A program made the translations under genes and the position numbers. The notes beneath the pieces were generated by a model. The model did not search any database. It was not told the origin of the DNA and saw only the letters and a list, made by a program, of their open reading frames with translations. This document shows, piece after piece, positions 28,301-37,262 of a stretch of 64,000 bases of DNA (positions are counted from its first letter, which is position 1; every line of letters starts with the position of its first letter). The stretch is taken from positions 704,001 through 768,000 of the forward strand of contig OY771587.1 in assembly GCA_963674825.1 (NCBI GenBank), given 5' to 3'. Source of the stretch: Candidatus Cloacimonadales bacterium. GTDB taxonomy: Bacteria; Cloacimonadota; Cloacimonadia; Cloacimonadales; JAIOQZ01.

Positions 28301-28842
28301 TCAACTACCAGGGAACCGAGTTTATGCAAACCGATTTCTCGGCTCTGGATTACGTTCATATCGATATCTGGACACCGGACGCAACTGTCATTCTGTTCTC
28401 GCCCATCAGCGCAACCACAGGCGAACATCTCGTCTCTGTTCTTCCGCTCGAATCAATGACCTGGAACAGCGTTGACATTCCACTCACTGATTTCACAGGC
28501 GTTTCGATGAGCGATCTCTTCCAGCTCAAATTCGACGGGCAGACTGGTGTATCACCGTCTACCGTCTATATTGACAACATCTACTTCTACAGCGAACCAA
28601 CCGGACTCGAAGCTCCGCAGAATGTGGTCGTCACCATTACCGGAGATCAGGTCACCGTTTCCTGGGATGCCGTCGATGGCGCGAACAGCTACAAGATCTA
28701 CGCATGCGACACTCCTTACGGAACATTCGAAGAAGTGACCATGGGTGTCTTCTATCCCACAAGCTGGACTGGAATCGTTGAAGAAGGCCACAAATTCTAC
28801 TACGTCAAAGCAAGTGACGAATCTGGAATTTTACGTAAATAA
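25330..28842 (+). CDS. Secreted non-catalytic repeat protein: N-domain + 4 CBM-like repeats alternating with 3 cadherin-like beta-sandwiches + FN3-like tail
   Basis: GGAGG then ATG at 25330; repeats AP.PT...V.S.FS..Y...WGQ.T...FNYQG...H.D.WT...DNI; spacers DATLS.L.V...VPTVTA. Confidence 0.85.
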   Translation: MKSTHMIVFLMFILTAFSGLFAASTTIDFESSDNGTGWTWTVAENATNPALTFPANPVSGGINTSATVAEYTALDAGNPWALCFTDDIDGFTFTESNSTVTIQVYKTVATNIGIKFEGISPAVELQVANTSVNQWETVTFDFSSAIGNTYTRLVIIPDFQDRSEDHTIYFDNIVIPASNTIIPDPEAPEVAAPVPTEAPEDVISIYSDSYTNLEGTNFAAPWGQSTVVTFDEVEGNGYMYYSMFNYQGTQLLGAHNLSSMTHVHIDMWTPDATVVQFTPISASTGEHLVSLTPINLEAWNSYDIPLSSFTGVAMTDIHQLKFDGQAGVSPSNVYLDNIYFYAGDISGTDATLSDLKVDGTTVDGFASNVYSYDVELPEGTTTVPTVTATTNDVNASHVVNAASALPGTTTVVVTAEDGTTSLTYSVNFTVENNNPTEPSEAAPTPTHLHENVTSVFSNVYGDMAGANFNPAWGQTTTVGFVLVGGDVTLQYANFNYQGTEFPSINLSAMEYIHFDLWTPDATVIEFSPISETTGEHLVAIDPLVQGTWNSIDMPLTDFTGVSMADINQLKFNGQNGVFPSSVWIDNIFFWKSPAGDDEDATLSNLLVNGTTVSGFSPATYDYDVELPFGTTVVPTVTAVTTDLDASYVVNDAAALPGSTTVVTTSENGENSLTYTLNFTVATETSDPTQGAPAPTHANADVVSVFSNTYGDMAGVNFNPPWGQSTTVTLESIGGNTTLKYANFNYQGTQFAGTVDLSLMEYVHIDIWTHDATIVKFSPISVSTGEVLTILSPLEQDTWNSLDIPLEDFTGMTMSDIHQLKFDGQAGVSPSTIWLDNIYFWKNPTQAGSDATLSDLKVDDVTIPGFLSGTLNYTYELPMDATEVPTVTATTTDVNASYVINDATELPGSTTVVVTAQDNTTVLTYTINFTIADPVPNEAAPIPTVDPANVISIFSNTYGDIAGANFNPNWGQSTTVTFENIDGNTTLKYANFNYQGTEFMQTDFSALDYVHIDIWTPDATVILFSPISATTGEHLVSVLPLESMTWNSVDIPLTDFTGVSMSDLFQLKFDGQTGVSPSTVYIDNIYFYSEPTGLEAPQNVVVTITGDQVTVSWDAVDGANSYKIYACDTPYGTFEEVTMGVFYPTSWTGIVEEGHKFYYVKASDESGILRK

Positions 28843-28860
28843 TCTTGCCGGAGGAAAATA

Positions 28861-30741
28861 ATGAAGAAGACCATCATCATGACGATGCTTATCCTCCTGA
28901 TAAGCGCTGCCATGTACGCACAATACGAAACTGTTGATTTCGAAGCTGGCGGAACGGGAGCCGATTGGGGCTGGACCGTCGGCGAAAACGGCGATAATCC
29001 GCCGTTGGATTTCGTCAACAATCCGTCCGCAAGCGGAATTAACACATCCGCAATCGTCGCGCAGTTTACCGCTCGCGCAGCTGGTATGTCTTGGGCACTC
29101 TGCTACACAGACGACATCTCTGATTTCGAATTCGACGCAACCAACACCACCATTACAATCATGGTTTATAAGTCCGTGATTAGCCCGGTGGGTGTGAAAT
29201 TCGAAGGTACAAGCGCTGCTGTCGAAGTACAGGCCAGCAACACCGTCACCAACCAGTGGGAAAGCCTTACGTTCAATTTCTCGAGCGCTATCGGCAACAC
29301 CTACAACCGTCTCGTAATCATCCCGGATTTCGCGGAACGAACCGAAGATCACGTTGTTTATTTCGACAACCTCCAGATCCCCGAAGGCAACGCAAACCCG
29401 ATCCCGGAGCCACAAGTCGCTGCTCCGACTCCTACATACGACGAGAGCACAGTGATTTCTCTGTTCTCTGATGCGTACAACAACGTAACCGTCGATACAT
29501 GGTCGGCAGACTGGGATAACGCTGTCGTAAGCGACGTGCAGATCCAGGGCAACAACACTAAGCTTTATACAAGCATGGTTTTCGCCGGTATCGAATTCAT
29601 CAACCAGACCATCGACGCAACCTCGATGGATTTCTTCCACCTCGATGTCTGGACTCCGGACGAAATCACAGGCGACATCTCGCTTAACGTGAAACTCGTC
29701 GATTTCGGTGCTGATGGCGTGTACGGCGGCGGTGACGACGTGGAGCATGAGGTTTCCTACGGTTCCGGAACCATGACCTCCGAAGAATGGGTCAGCCTCG
29801 ATATCCCGATGGACGATTTCACCGGTCTGACCACCCGTGGTCACCTGGCACAGCTCATATTCTCCGGTGGAATCACCACCCTCTATGTCGATAACATCTA
29901 CTTCCGCTCGGGCAATTCGGCTCCGAACCAGCCCGAAGTGGCAGCTCCGACGCCGTCCTACAACCAGGACGCGGTAATCTCGCTCTTCAGCAACGCATAT
30001 AGCAATGTAACCGTAGATACATGGTCTGCCGAATGGGATCAGGCCAACGTGGGTGACGTGCAGATTCAAGGTAACGATACCAAGCTTTACACAAGCCTGG
30101 TTTATGCCGGAATCGAATTCACCTCCGCAACCCTCAACATCACTGAAATGACCCACTTCCACATGGATATCTGGACTCCCGATACCATCGATGACGAATC
30201 CACATTCGCCGTGAAGTTGGTCGATTTCGGCGCCGATGGCGCATACGATGGCGGCGATGACGTTGAAGCCGAAGTCACTTTCGACAACACGACACTGCAA
30301 TCAGAAAACTGGATCAGCCTGGACATGAACCTGGACGACTTCACAGCCCTCACCACCCGTGAGCACATTGCGCAACTCGTCCTCACCAGCGGTCCCAACA
30401 CCGTTTATATCGACAATATCTACTTCCGTGACGACACACAGGCAGCGGACGACGAAGTTGTGGATGTTACCGGCGCTCGCTACGAGCTCAACGGAAACTA
30501 CCCCAACCCGTTCAACCCGGTCACCAGTATCAAGTTCTCCATGAGCCAGCCCGGCCATGCCGTACTCAAGGTGTACGATGTCCGCGGTCGCCTTGTGAAG
30601 ACACTAGTCGACAACCGGTTGGATGCCGATAATCATGAGATCGTCTGGAACGCTGAGAACACAGCTTCCGGCGTCTATTTCTACTCGCTGAAAGTCGATA
30701 ACGGTCCGATCGAGACCAAGCGCATGGTCCTACTTAAATAA
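28861..30741 (+). CDS. Secreted non-catalytic protein: same N-domain + 2 CBM-like repeats + FlgD-Ig/T9SS-type tail
   Basis: N-domain nearly collinear with that of the 25330 gene (W.WTV.EN...NQWE...FSSAIGNTY.RLVIIPDF); 2x AAPTP...VISLFS.AY..VTVDTWSA.W...KLVDFGADG; NYPNPFNP...MVLLK. Confidence 0.85.
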   Translation: MKKTIIMTMLILLISAAMYAQYETVDFEAGGTGADWGWTVGENGDNPPLDFVNNPSASGINTSAIVAQFTARAAGMSWALCYTDDISDFEFDATNTTITIMVYKSVISPVGVKFEGTSAAVEVQASNTVTNQWESLTFNFSSAIGNTYNRLVIIPDFAERTEDHVVYFDNLQIPEGNANPIPEPQVAAPTPTYDESTVISLFSDAYNNVTVDTWSADWDNAVVSDVQIQGNNTKLYTSMVFAGIEFINQTIDATSMDFFHLDVWTPDEITGDISLNVKLVDFGADGVYGGGDDVEHEVSYGSGTMTSEEWVSLDIPMDDFTGLTTRGHLAQLIFSGGITTLYVDNIYFRSGNSAPNQPEVAAPTPSYNQDAVISLFSNAYSNVTVDTWSAEWDQANVGDVQIQGNDTKLYTSLVYAGIEFTSATLNITEMTHFHMDIWTPDTIDDESTFAVKLVDFGADGAYDGGDDVEAEVTFDNTTLQSENWISLDMNLDDFTALTTREHIAQLVLTSGPNTVYIDNIYFRDDTQAADDEVVDVTGARYELNGNYPNPFNPVTSIKFSMSQPGHAVLKVYDVRGRLVKTLVDNRLDADNHEIVWNAENTASGVYFYSLKVDNGPIETKRMVLLK

Positions 30742-30749
30742 GCACTGTC

Positions 30750-30788
30750 GAATCAGCCGGTGCGCCGGTCGTGCCGGCTGATTCTTTT
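30750..30788 (+). terminator. Intra-operon stem-loop with short U tail
   Basis: gaatcagccgg(30750-30760)...ccggctgattc(30774-30784)-tttt. Confidence 0.6.
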
Positions 30789-30810
30789 CAATAACGCAAA
30801 GGAGATCGTG

Positions 30811-33800
30811 TTGAAGTCCATCAACAACGTACACTATCAACTGAAGGAATCGGGTGAATTCGTTATCGGCGATTACAACTCATCCAAGCTCTTCTCCAGC
30901 TTCTTTCCCGGAGTCGCGGGTAAAGAAGGCATCCCGATGTGGACATTCTACGTCAATCGCGGACAATGCATCTGCAGCATGGGCATCGAAGGGAAACATA
31001 ACCCCATTATGGAATTCCTGCCGGCGAACCAGGCATACAATCTGGTTACATCGCAGGGCTTCCGCACCTTCGTGAAGCTCATCCGCGACAGCGAGACCAC
31101 TTACTACGAGCCCTTCCAGAAGAGCCTGCAAAATCGCGATATGAAGATCGATCAACGCATGATCATCAATCCCGCACGACTGATTCTGGAAGAGATCAAC
31201 CACACCCTGAAACTCAAATTTACCGTCGAATACTTCAACGTTCCGCAAGATCGCTATGCCGGCCTGATTCGCAAACTGCACATCGAGAATCTTGGCGATG
31301 AAACCATTCGCTTCGAAGCACTTGATGGCCTTCCGCTCATTATTCCTTACGGCCTCGACAACGGCGCACTCAAGTTTATCCGCCGCCTGGTAGAGGCATT
31401 CGTGGAAGTGAAAAACCACGAGAACAAAGCCCCGCTCTTCAAAGGCAAAGTAGAACCGCACGACAGACCGGAAGTTGTCCATATCAAGAAAGGTAACTTC
31501 TACCTCGGATTCGTGGACGGTGGTATGGTGGATACAATCGTTGATCCCGTGCGCATCTTCGGTATTCGCGGCGACTACCAGTTCCCGGAAAGATTCCTGG
31601 AAGCATCCGTGGACGAATTGGTCCGCGACCAGATTTTAGAAAACAGACTCCCCTCCGCGATGGGCTGCCTGAGCGGATCCATCGAACCAGGAAAAATATT
31701 TGGCTACACATCCATCATCGGACAGGCCAGTTCAGCTGCAACGCTCAACCATATGGTTCCAGAAATCGCCACGCAAGATTATGTAAACACCAAATATAAC
31801 GAGAATCGTAACATCATCGCCAAGCTGACCCAGAATAACTTCATCTGTAGTCAGGAACCGGTACTGGACCACTACGCGCGCATGAATTTCCTCGATAACA
31901 CCCTCCGCGGCGGCTTCCCGTATACATTCAAGGGCAGCAAGGAATCGACCACCCTCTACCTCTATTCGCGCAAGCATGGTGACCTCGAACGCGACTACAA
32001 CGACTATCGTCTCATGCCTACTCCTTATTCGCAAGGCAACGGCAATTTCCGCGACGTCAACCAGAACCGCCGCTGCGACCTCTGGTTCAATCCCGACGTC
32101 CGCGACGGCAATATCGAGCACTTTTACAACCTCATCCAGCTTGACGGTTACAATCCGCTGGTCATCAAAGACGTACGCTTCAAAGCCCCGGAACAGAATG
32201 GTCTTGAGGAAGTACTTCGTACTTACTTCGACAAGGATCACGTTCCCGCGCTGAAGAAATACATACAGAATCCTTTCACACCCGGTGAACTCATCCTCTT
32301 CCTGCGGGAAGAAGGCTTTGAGATCAAGGGGGACAGCGAACAGCTCCTTGGCGATCTGATGAGCATATGCGAGAAAGATCACGATGCCGATTTCGGCGAA
32401 GGCTACTGGATCGACCACTGGACTTACAATATCGATCTTCTGGAAAACTATCTGTCAATCTACCCAGAGCAAAAGCAAAACCTGCTCTTCGAAAAGAAAA
32501 CGTTCACCTTCTACGACAGTCCACACCACGTGACACCACGTGACGACAAGTACGTGCTCTGGGATGGTAAGCCCATGCAGCTTAACAGCGTCGAGTTCGA
32601 CGAAGAGCACAATGACCTGATCGAAAGTCGCACCAAAGACCGTCACCAAATGCATACAGCGCACGGAACCGGCGAAGTTTACCGCACCACGCTGTTCAAC
32701 AAGATGCTGTGCCTCGTCGTCAACAAACTCGCCTCGCTTGATCCCAATGGCGTGGGTATCGAGATGGAATCAGACAAGCCGGACTGGTATGACGCACTCA
32801 ATGGTATGCCTGCTCTCATCGGCTCCAGCCTGAATGAAACCCTGGAACTCAAGCGCTTGATCCTGTTCGCGCTCCAGAGCATCGAAGAAATCAACAGCCC
32901 AGACCGCAATCTTTTGCTTTTTACCGAAATACACGCTTTCCTCGTTGCACTAGCCGAGCTTCTGGCAAAGGATCTTACTCCGTTCGCTTACTGGAATCAG
33001 GCAACAGCGCTCAAAGAGAACTATCGCGACGCGACCCGCATGGGAATCTCTGGCGAAGAGAAGCCTGTCTCGCTCAAAGCAGTGAAAACAACGCTGCAAA
33101 AGGGTCTGGAGCGCATTGAAGATGGCATCGCCCGAGCATGGAACGATGAGCAAAATGTCATCTCGACATACTTCATCAACCACGTAACCAGCTATGAACC
33201 GCTCTTCATCGAAAAGGACGTCCCCAAGAAGAACGCAAAAGGCCTCCTCTGCTTCCGCGCCACAGGCTTCAAGCAGACAGCGCTTCCGCTCTTCCTGGAG
33301 GGCCCGGTTCACTATCTGCGTTGCAGCACCGACCGCGATAAGTCCCGCGAACTGGTGCAGAACATCCGGCAAAGCGGCCTTTTCGACCAGAAGCTGGAGA
33401 TGTACAAAGTCAACGAAAAGCTGACGGATCAGCCCATGGAAATCGGGCGCGCCCGGACGTTCTCGCCCGGATGGTTCGAAAACGAATCCATCTGGCTGCA
33501 CATGGAGTACAAGTACATGCTGGAAATCCTTCGAAATGATCTCCACGACGAGTTCTTCCAGGATTTCAAGAACGTGTGTGTTCCTTTCATGAAGCCAGAA
33601 GTCTATGGCCGCAGCATCCTGGAGAACTCCTCCTTCATCGTCAGCAGCGCTAATCCCGATCCGTCCATTCACGGCAACGGATTTGTCGCGCGGCTTAGCG
33701 GAGCAACGGCGGAGTTCATCAACATTCTCATGTTCATGGTCATCGGCAAAAAGCCCTTTAGTCTGGATGAAAACGGCGAGCTCGAACTTCACCTGAACCC

Positions 33801-34101
33801 GGTCATTCCGCAGTGGCTCTTCACCGAAGAGGAGAAGACCCATCGCCTGTTCATCAACGGCGAATGGACGGATGTGAGATTCGAGAAGGACACCTTCAGC
33901 TTCATTTTCCTCGGCGAAACGCTGGTAACCTACCACAATCCGCAGCGGAAGGATACGTTCGGCAAAGTAAGTGTTGCGCCGGTGTCGTATTCCATTGAGG
34001 ACAAACAAGGTAACGTCGTGAAGACCGACCGCATCGTCGGTGAATTGGCGGAAAAAATACGTAAGAGAGACGTCGTGCGGATACGCATCGACCTCGCATA
34101 G
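30811..34101 (+). CDS. GH161-like beta-1,3-glucan phosphorylase, cytoplasmic
   Basis: FSSFFPGVAG..GIPMWTFYVNRGQ, EFLPANQAY, GFRTF, SRKHGDLERDYN, QGNGNFRDVNQNRR, GEGYWIDHWTY, KPDWYDALNG, PGWFENESIWLHMEYKY, GFVARLSG.TAEF; no signal peptide; TTG (or GTG 30808) after GGAG. Confidence 0.8.
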   Translation: MKSINNVHYQLKESGEFVIGDYNSSKLFSSFFPGVAGKEGIPMWTFYVNRGQCICSMGIEGKHNPIMEFLPANQAYNLVTSQGFRTFVKLIRDSETTYYEPFQKSLQNRDMKIDQRMIINPARLILEEINHTLKLKFTVEYFNVPQDRYAGLIRKLHIENLGDETIRFEALDGLPLIIPYGLDNGALKFIRRLVEAFVEVKNHENKAPLFKGKVEPHDRPEVVHIKKGNFYLGFVDGGMVDTIVDPVRIFGIRGDYQFPERFLEASVDELVRDQILENRLPSAMGCLSGSIEPGKIFGYTSIIGQASSAATLNHMVPEIATQDYVNTKYNENRNIIAKLTQNNFICSQEPVLDHYARMNFLDNTLRGGFPYTFKGSKESTTLYLYSRKHGDLERDYNDYRLMPTPYSQGNGNFRDVNQNRRCDLWFNPDVRDGNIEHFYNLIQLDGYNPLVIKDVRFKAPEQNGLEEVLRTYFDKDHVPALKKYIQNPFTPGELILFLREEGFEIKGDSEQLLGDLMSICEKDHDADFGEGYWIDHWTYNIDLLENYLSIYPEQKQNLLFEKKTFTFYDSPHHVTPRDDKYVLWDGKPMQLNSVEFDEEHNDLIESRTKDRHQMHTAHGTGEVYRTTLFNKMLCLVVNKLASLDPNGVGIEMESDKPDWYDALNGMPALIGSSLNETLELKRLILFALQSIEEINSPDRNLLLFTEIHAFLVALAELLAKDLTPFAYWNQATALKENYRDATRMGISGEEKPVSLKAVKTTLQKGLERIEDGIARAWNDEQNVISTYFINHVTSYEPLFIEKDVPKKNAKGLLCFRATGFKQTALPLFLEGPVHYLRCSTDRDKSRELVQNIRQSGLFDQKLEMYKVNEKLTDQPMEIGRARTFSPGWFENESIWLHMEYKYMLEILRNDLHDEFFQDFKNVCVPFMKPEVYGRSILENSSFIVSSANPDPSIHGNGFVARLSGATAEFINILMFMVIGKKPFSLDENGELELHLNPVIPQWLFTEEEKTHRLFINGEWTDVRFEKDTFSFIFLGETLVTYHNPQRKDTFGKVSVAPVSYSIEDKQGNVVKTDRIVGELAEKIRKRDVVRIRIDLA

Positions 34102-34204
34102 ATTCCCGTAAGAACCTTCCGCGGGAGTATTTCCCCGTTTATTGCCAGGGAGGTTCTTACCCCATTTTCTATCATCGTGTAGAAAGAACCCTCCACTTGC
34201 TGGC

Positions 34205-34243
34205 AAGGCTCAACTGGGAAACCGGCTGAGCCTTCCTGTTTTT
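34205..34243 (+). terminator. Probable terminator of the glucan operon
   Basis: aaggctca(34205-34212)...tgagcctt(34227-34234) followed by a T run. Confidence 0.6.
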
Positions 34244-34382
34244 ATTGCAATCCATTGTGATTGCCCCTACGGCTAATCGAAGAATTCTCCTGCATATCGC
34301 TTGACACGACGCAGACAATTCTTCACGATTTGTAATGCTATCGGATGATCTTGTATTACTTGATTATAGATTTGGAGGCATC

Positions 34383-35941
34383 ATGGTACGCTCTATTCGC
34401 TTATGGAAAATAGCTCTCTTTTCTCTTCTGTTTTTACCCATTCTTCTTGCTGCCGAAACCCAATACGAAATAACGCTGGTTGATTCCGTTATCATCCCAT
34501 ATTCTTATGAATATGTACAGGTTACACAGGATTCATTGCTTCGGTTCTGGGATTTGGAAATTGAAACCGAATCCATCACCGTTAACACATTACACTCGAT
34601 CGGCAAGGTAACCTTACAACACCGGAACAAGTGCTGTCCACACCCAATGAACATGGGTATGAAACTCCATTGTCGTATTATTCACAGTTCTACGAGAGTG
34701 AAGACCGTATCTGTGTTGGGTGCAATAATGACAGCCTGTTAACGCTTCATGTTTTTGAGAATGACGTATATCAATACGAGAGAGAGTATCAGCTTGAGTT
34801 TCAAATCGATGAATCCCAAAGAAGAGCCCAAACCTTATTGTGGGACACGAATACGTTTCTTATTGCCCTGGATCAAGCTGTAATACGCTGCAACCTCGAC
34901 GAAAATGTGGCTGATACCCTAATAACATTTGAAGACAACTGGCCAAATGAATGGTACACTGAACTATATCCCTTATCGAGTCAATATCTAATCATTTCAA
35001 GAAACATGTGCGATTGGTACTTGATGGATTCTAATCTGGAACTGCTGCAGGAAATCGATACAGAGGATGAGTTTGGATTCACTTTCTTCATTTATGATGG
35101 TGCCTATCCCGCTGAAGAAATTTCAGGGGGGTATCTCGTAAGTTTATATGATGGGGGATTTACTGAACACATGATCTTCATGCAGGTAGAAGATGAGATG
35201 CTTCATGTTGGGTATGGCATCGATTGTGAACTGGATTCTTATCGGCATCTTGCCTATCCTGTTGCTTTAAACGATTCGATTTTCTTTTTCACGGATTTAG
35301 GTGGGCCGTTTGTGGTTATTGGTGAATATACCGATGACGACATTGGATATTACGGAGGTGGTAATGCTATTTCATACGGTTGCACGGTGGCGAAAATGAA
35401 TTCCTACTTGGCGATTCTGCGTCAGATGGACGATCTGCATCGTGTCCGAATCTATGACGATACGTTCCCTGAGTACCATGAAGAAGAGTTCTCCGTACCG
35501 GCACCTCCGGATGCAGAATACTGGCCAAGCGAGTGGCACAATTATATTATTGAGCCATATATATTCTTTGAAAGAAAATATCACGCTTATTCGGGGGAAT
35601 TGACTCGTATTTATCAGTACAGTGTCGACACGTACGAACCAACTTCAAATCAGGACATACCTAAACCGGAATTAACACTTTCTTGTTATCCCAACCCGTT
35701 CAACCCGGAATTGACCGTTTCGTATTCAATTCCACAGGACGGAACTGTGGAGATTTCGGTTTATAACATAAAGGGTCAAAAAGTCAGAAGCATCCAAAGC
35801 GATTACCGGTATGCCGGTAATCACAATGTCGTTTGGGATGGCAGAAACGATTGCGGTCAATCCGCTTCGTCCGGCCTTTATTTCGTGAAAATATCGTATG
35901 GAAATTCAGAACTAATCAGGAAAGCGATTTTGATGAAATAG
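34383..35941 (+). pseudogene. Secreted protein with FlgD-Ig/T9SS-type tail, split by a frameshift near 34586-34600
   Basis: GGAGG + ATG 34383 with signal peptide in one frame; the second frame opens at 34586 (TLDRQGNLTTPEQV...) and ends YPNPFNP...AILMK. Confidence 0.7.
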
Positions 35942-35963
35942 CGATGAAATCATGATCTTCTGC

Positions 35964-36008
35964 GTCGTGCCTCGATACAATCCGACAAGTCGGGTCACTC
36001 AGCATGAC
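35964..36008. repeat. Nested extragenic palindrome (REP-like)
   Basis: Outer gtcgtgc...gcatgac enclosing inner ccgac-aa-gtcgg; single copy in the window. Confidence 0.4.
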
Positions 36009-36110
36009 ACGGGATGGATGTGCTCAGTGCTCCGGCAAATCATTCTTTTCCTTTGACAGTCAGCGGCATGCGATTTGACTTGCTTCATCAAAGGCAGCAA
36101 AGGAAAATCA

Positions 36111-37250
36111 ATGCATCATTATCAGGAATTTCAAACGTGGTTCGGGCAGGTCGCAGGTGGGATGGAATACCTCGCGGTCATGGAACTCGAGAAGCTCGGA
36201 GCCAGCGACATCCGCCAGCAGCAGCGCGGCGTCCTCTTCAGAGCAACCAAGGAACAGATGTACCGCATCGTTTACAACACGCGCCTCATGACCCGGATCC
36301 TCGGCACCATCACCACCTTCAGCTGCCATGATACCGACTACCTCTACAAGAAAGCCCTCACTATCGACTGGCGCGACTTCATAAAAGAAGGCCAGACCTT
36401 CATCATCCAGTATCACGTGGCCAACAGCAAGATCCAGCACTCTCATTTCGCGGCCCTGCGACTCAAGGACGCTATCGTCGATCAACTGCGAGAGCTCTAC
36501 CCGGAAAGGCCGTCAATCGACCATGACAATCCCGATGTCACCCTACATATAGCCATCCACAACAACCGCGCCGATATTGCCGTCGATTGCGCCGGATTTT
36601 CGCTGAACAAACGCTGGTATCGCAAGAAAAGCGTGGAAGCTCCCATGCGGGAGACGCTCGCTTCAGCAGTTGTGATGCTCTCGGGCTGGAATGGCGAAAC
36701 ACCGCTCCACGACCCATTCTGCGGCAGCGGAACCCTCCTCGCGGAGGCTTTGATGCAATACTGTAGGATCCCCGCGTCGTACCTGCACGACCAGTTCGGC
36801 TTCATGAACCTGCCGGACTACGATCCCGAAGTGTGGGAGAAAGTGCGAAACGGAGTACAGATTCGCGAATTACCGGAGGGCCTTATCAGCGGAAGCGATG
36901 TTGATCCGCGTTCCATCGAGGCCAGCCGCACCAACCTGGCGAACCTCCCCTATGGCGACCGTGTAGCACTCAAGCAGATCGATTTCCGTAATCTTCCGCC
37001 CAAGCCCCGCACGACCATCGTCGCAAATCCGCCCTACGGCGTACGCCTCAATCGCGTGGATACCGAACAGCTATACAAGGATTTCGGGAAGTATGTGCGC
37101 GAAAATTGCCCCGGTGGCACAATCTGCGCCTTCAGCTCGGATCAGGAACTACTCAAGTGCATGAACCTCCGACCCAGAACCAAAAAGCAGATCAACAACG
37201 GCGGTCTGGACGGCTGGTTCTACAAGATGCTGGTGTTTGACAGAGGATAG
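36111..37250 (+). CDS. rlmL: THUMP-domain SAM-dependent rRNA methyltransferase (RlmL/YpsC type)
   Basis: LKDAIVD, RWYR...APMRETLA, DPFCGSGT, ANPPYG; start MHHYQ after AAGGA. Confidence 0.85.
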   Translation: MHHYQEFQTWFGQVAGGMEYLAVMELEKLGASDIRQQQRGVLFRATKEQMYRIVYNTRLMTRILGTITTFSCHDTDYLYKKALTIDWRDFIKEGQTFIIQYHVANSKIQHSHFAALRLKDAIVDQLRELYPERPSIDHDNPDVTLHIAIHNNRADIAVDCAGFSLNKRWYRKKSVEAPMRETLASAVVMLSGWNGETPLHDPFCGSGTLLAEALMQYCRIPASYLHDQFGFMNLPDYDPEVWEKVRNGVQIRELPEGLISGSDVDPRSIEASRTNLANLPYGDRVALKQIDFRNLPPKPRTTIVANPPYGVRLNRVDTEQLYKDFGKYVRENCPGGTICAFSSDQELLKCMNLRPRTKKQINNGGLDGWFYKMLVFDRG

Positions 37251-37262
37251 TTAATCCCGAAA

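Noticed and set aside
28831..30300. 489-aa antisense ORF (also 19570-20784, 32950-34206, 13457-14521, 55639-56676)
   Set aside because: Shadow frames of well-supported genes with biased codon use; no recognisable motifs.
25885..30430. Long recurring DNA repeats as a CRISPR or non-coding array
   Set aside because: They are in-frame protein domain repeats; there are no constant repeats with unique spacers and no cas genes.
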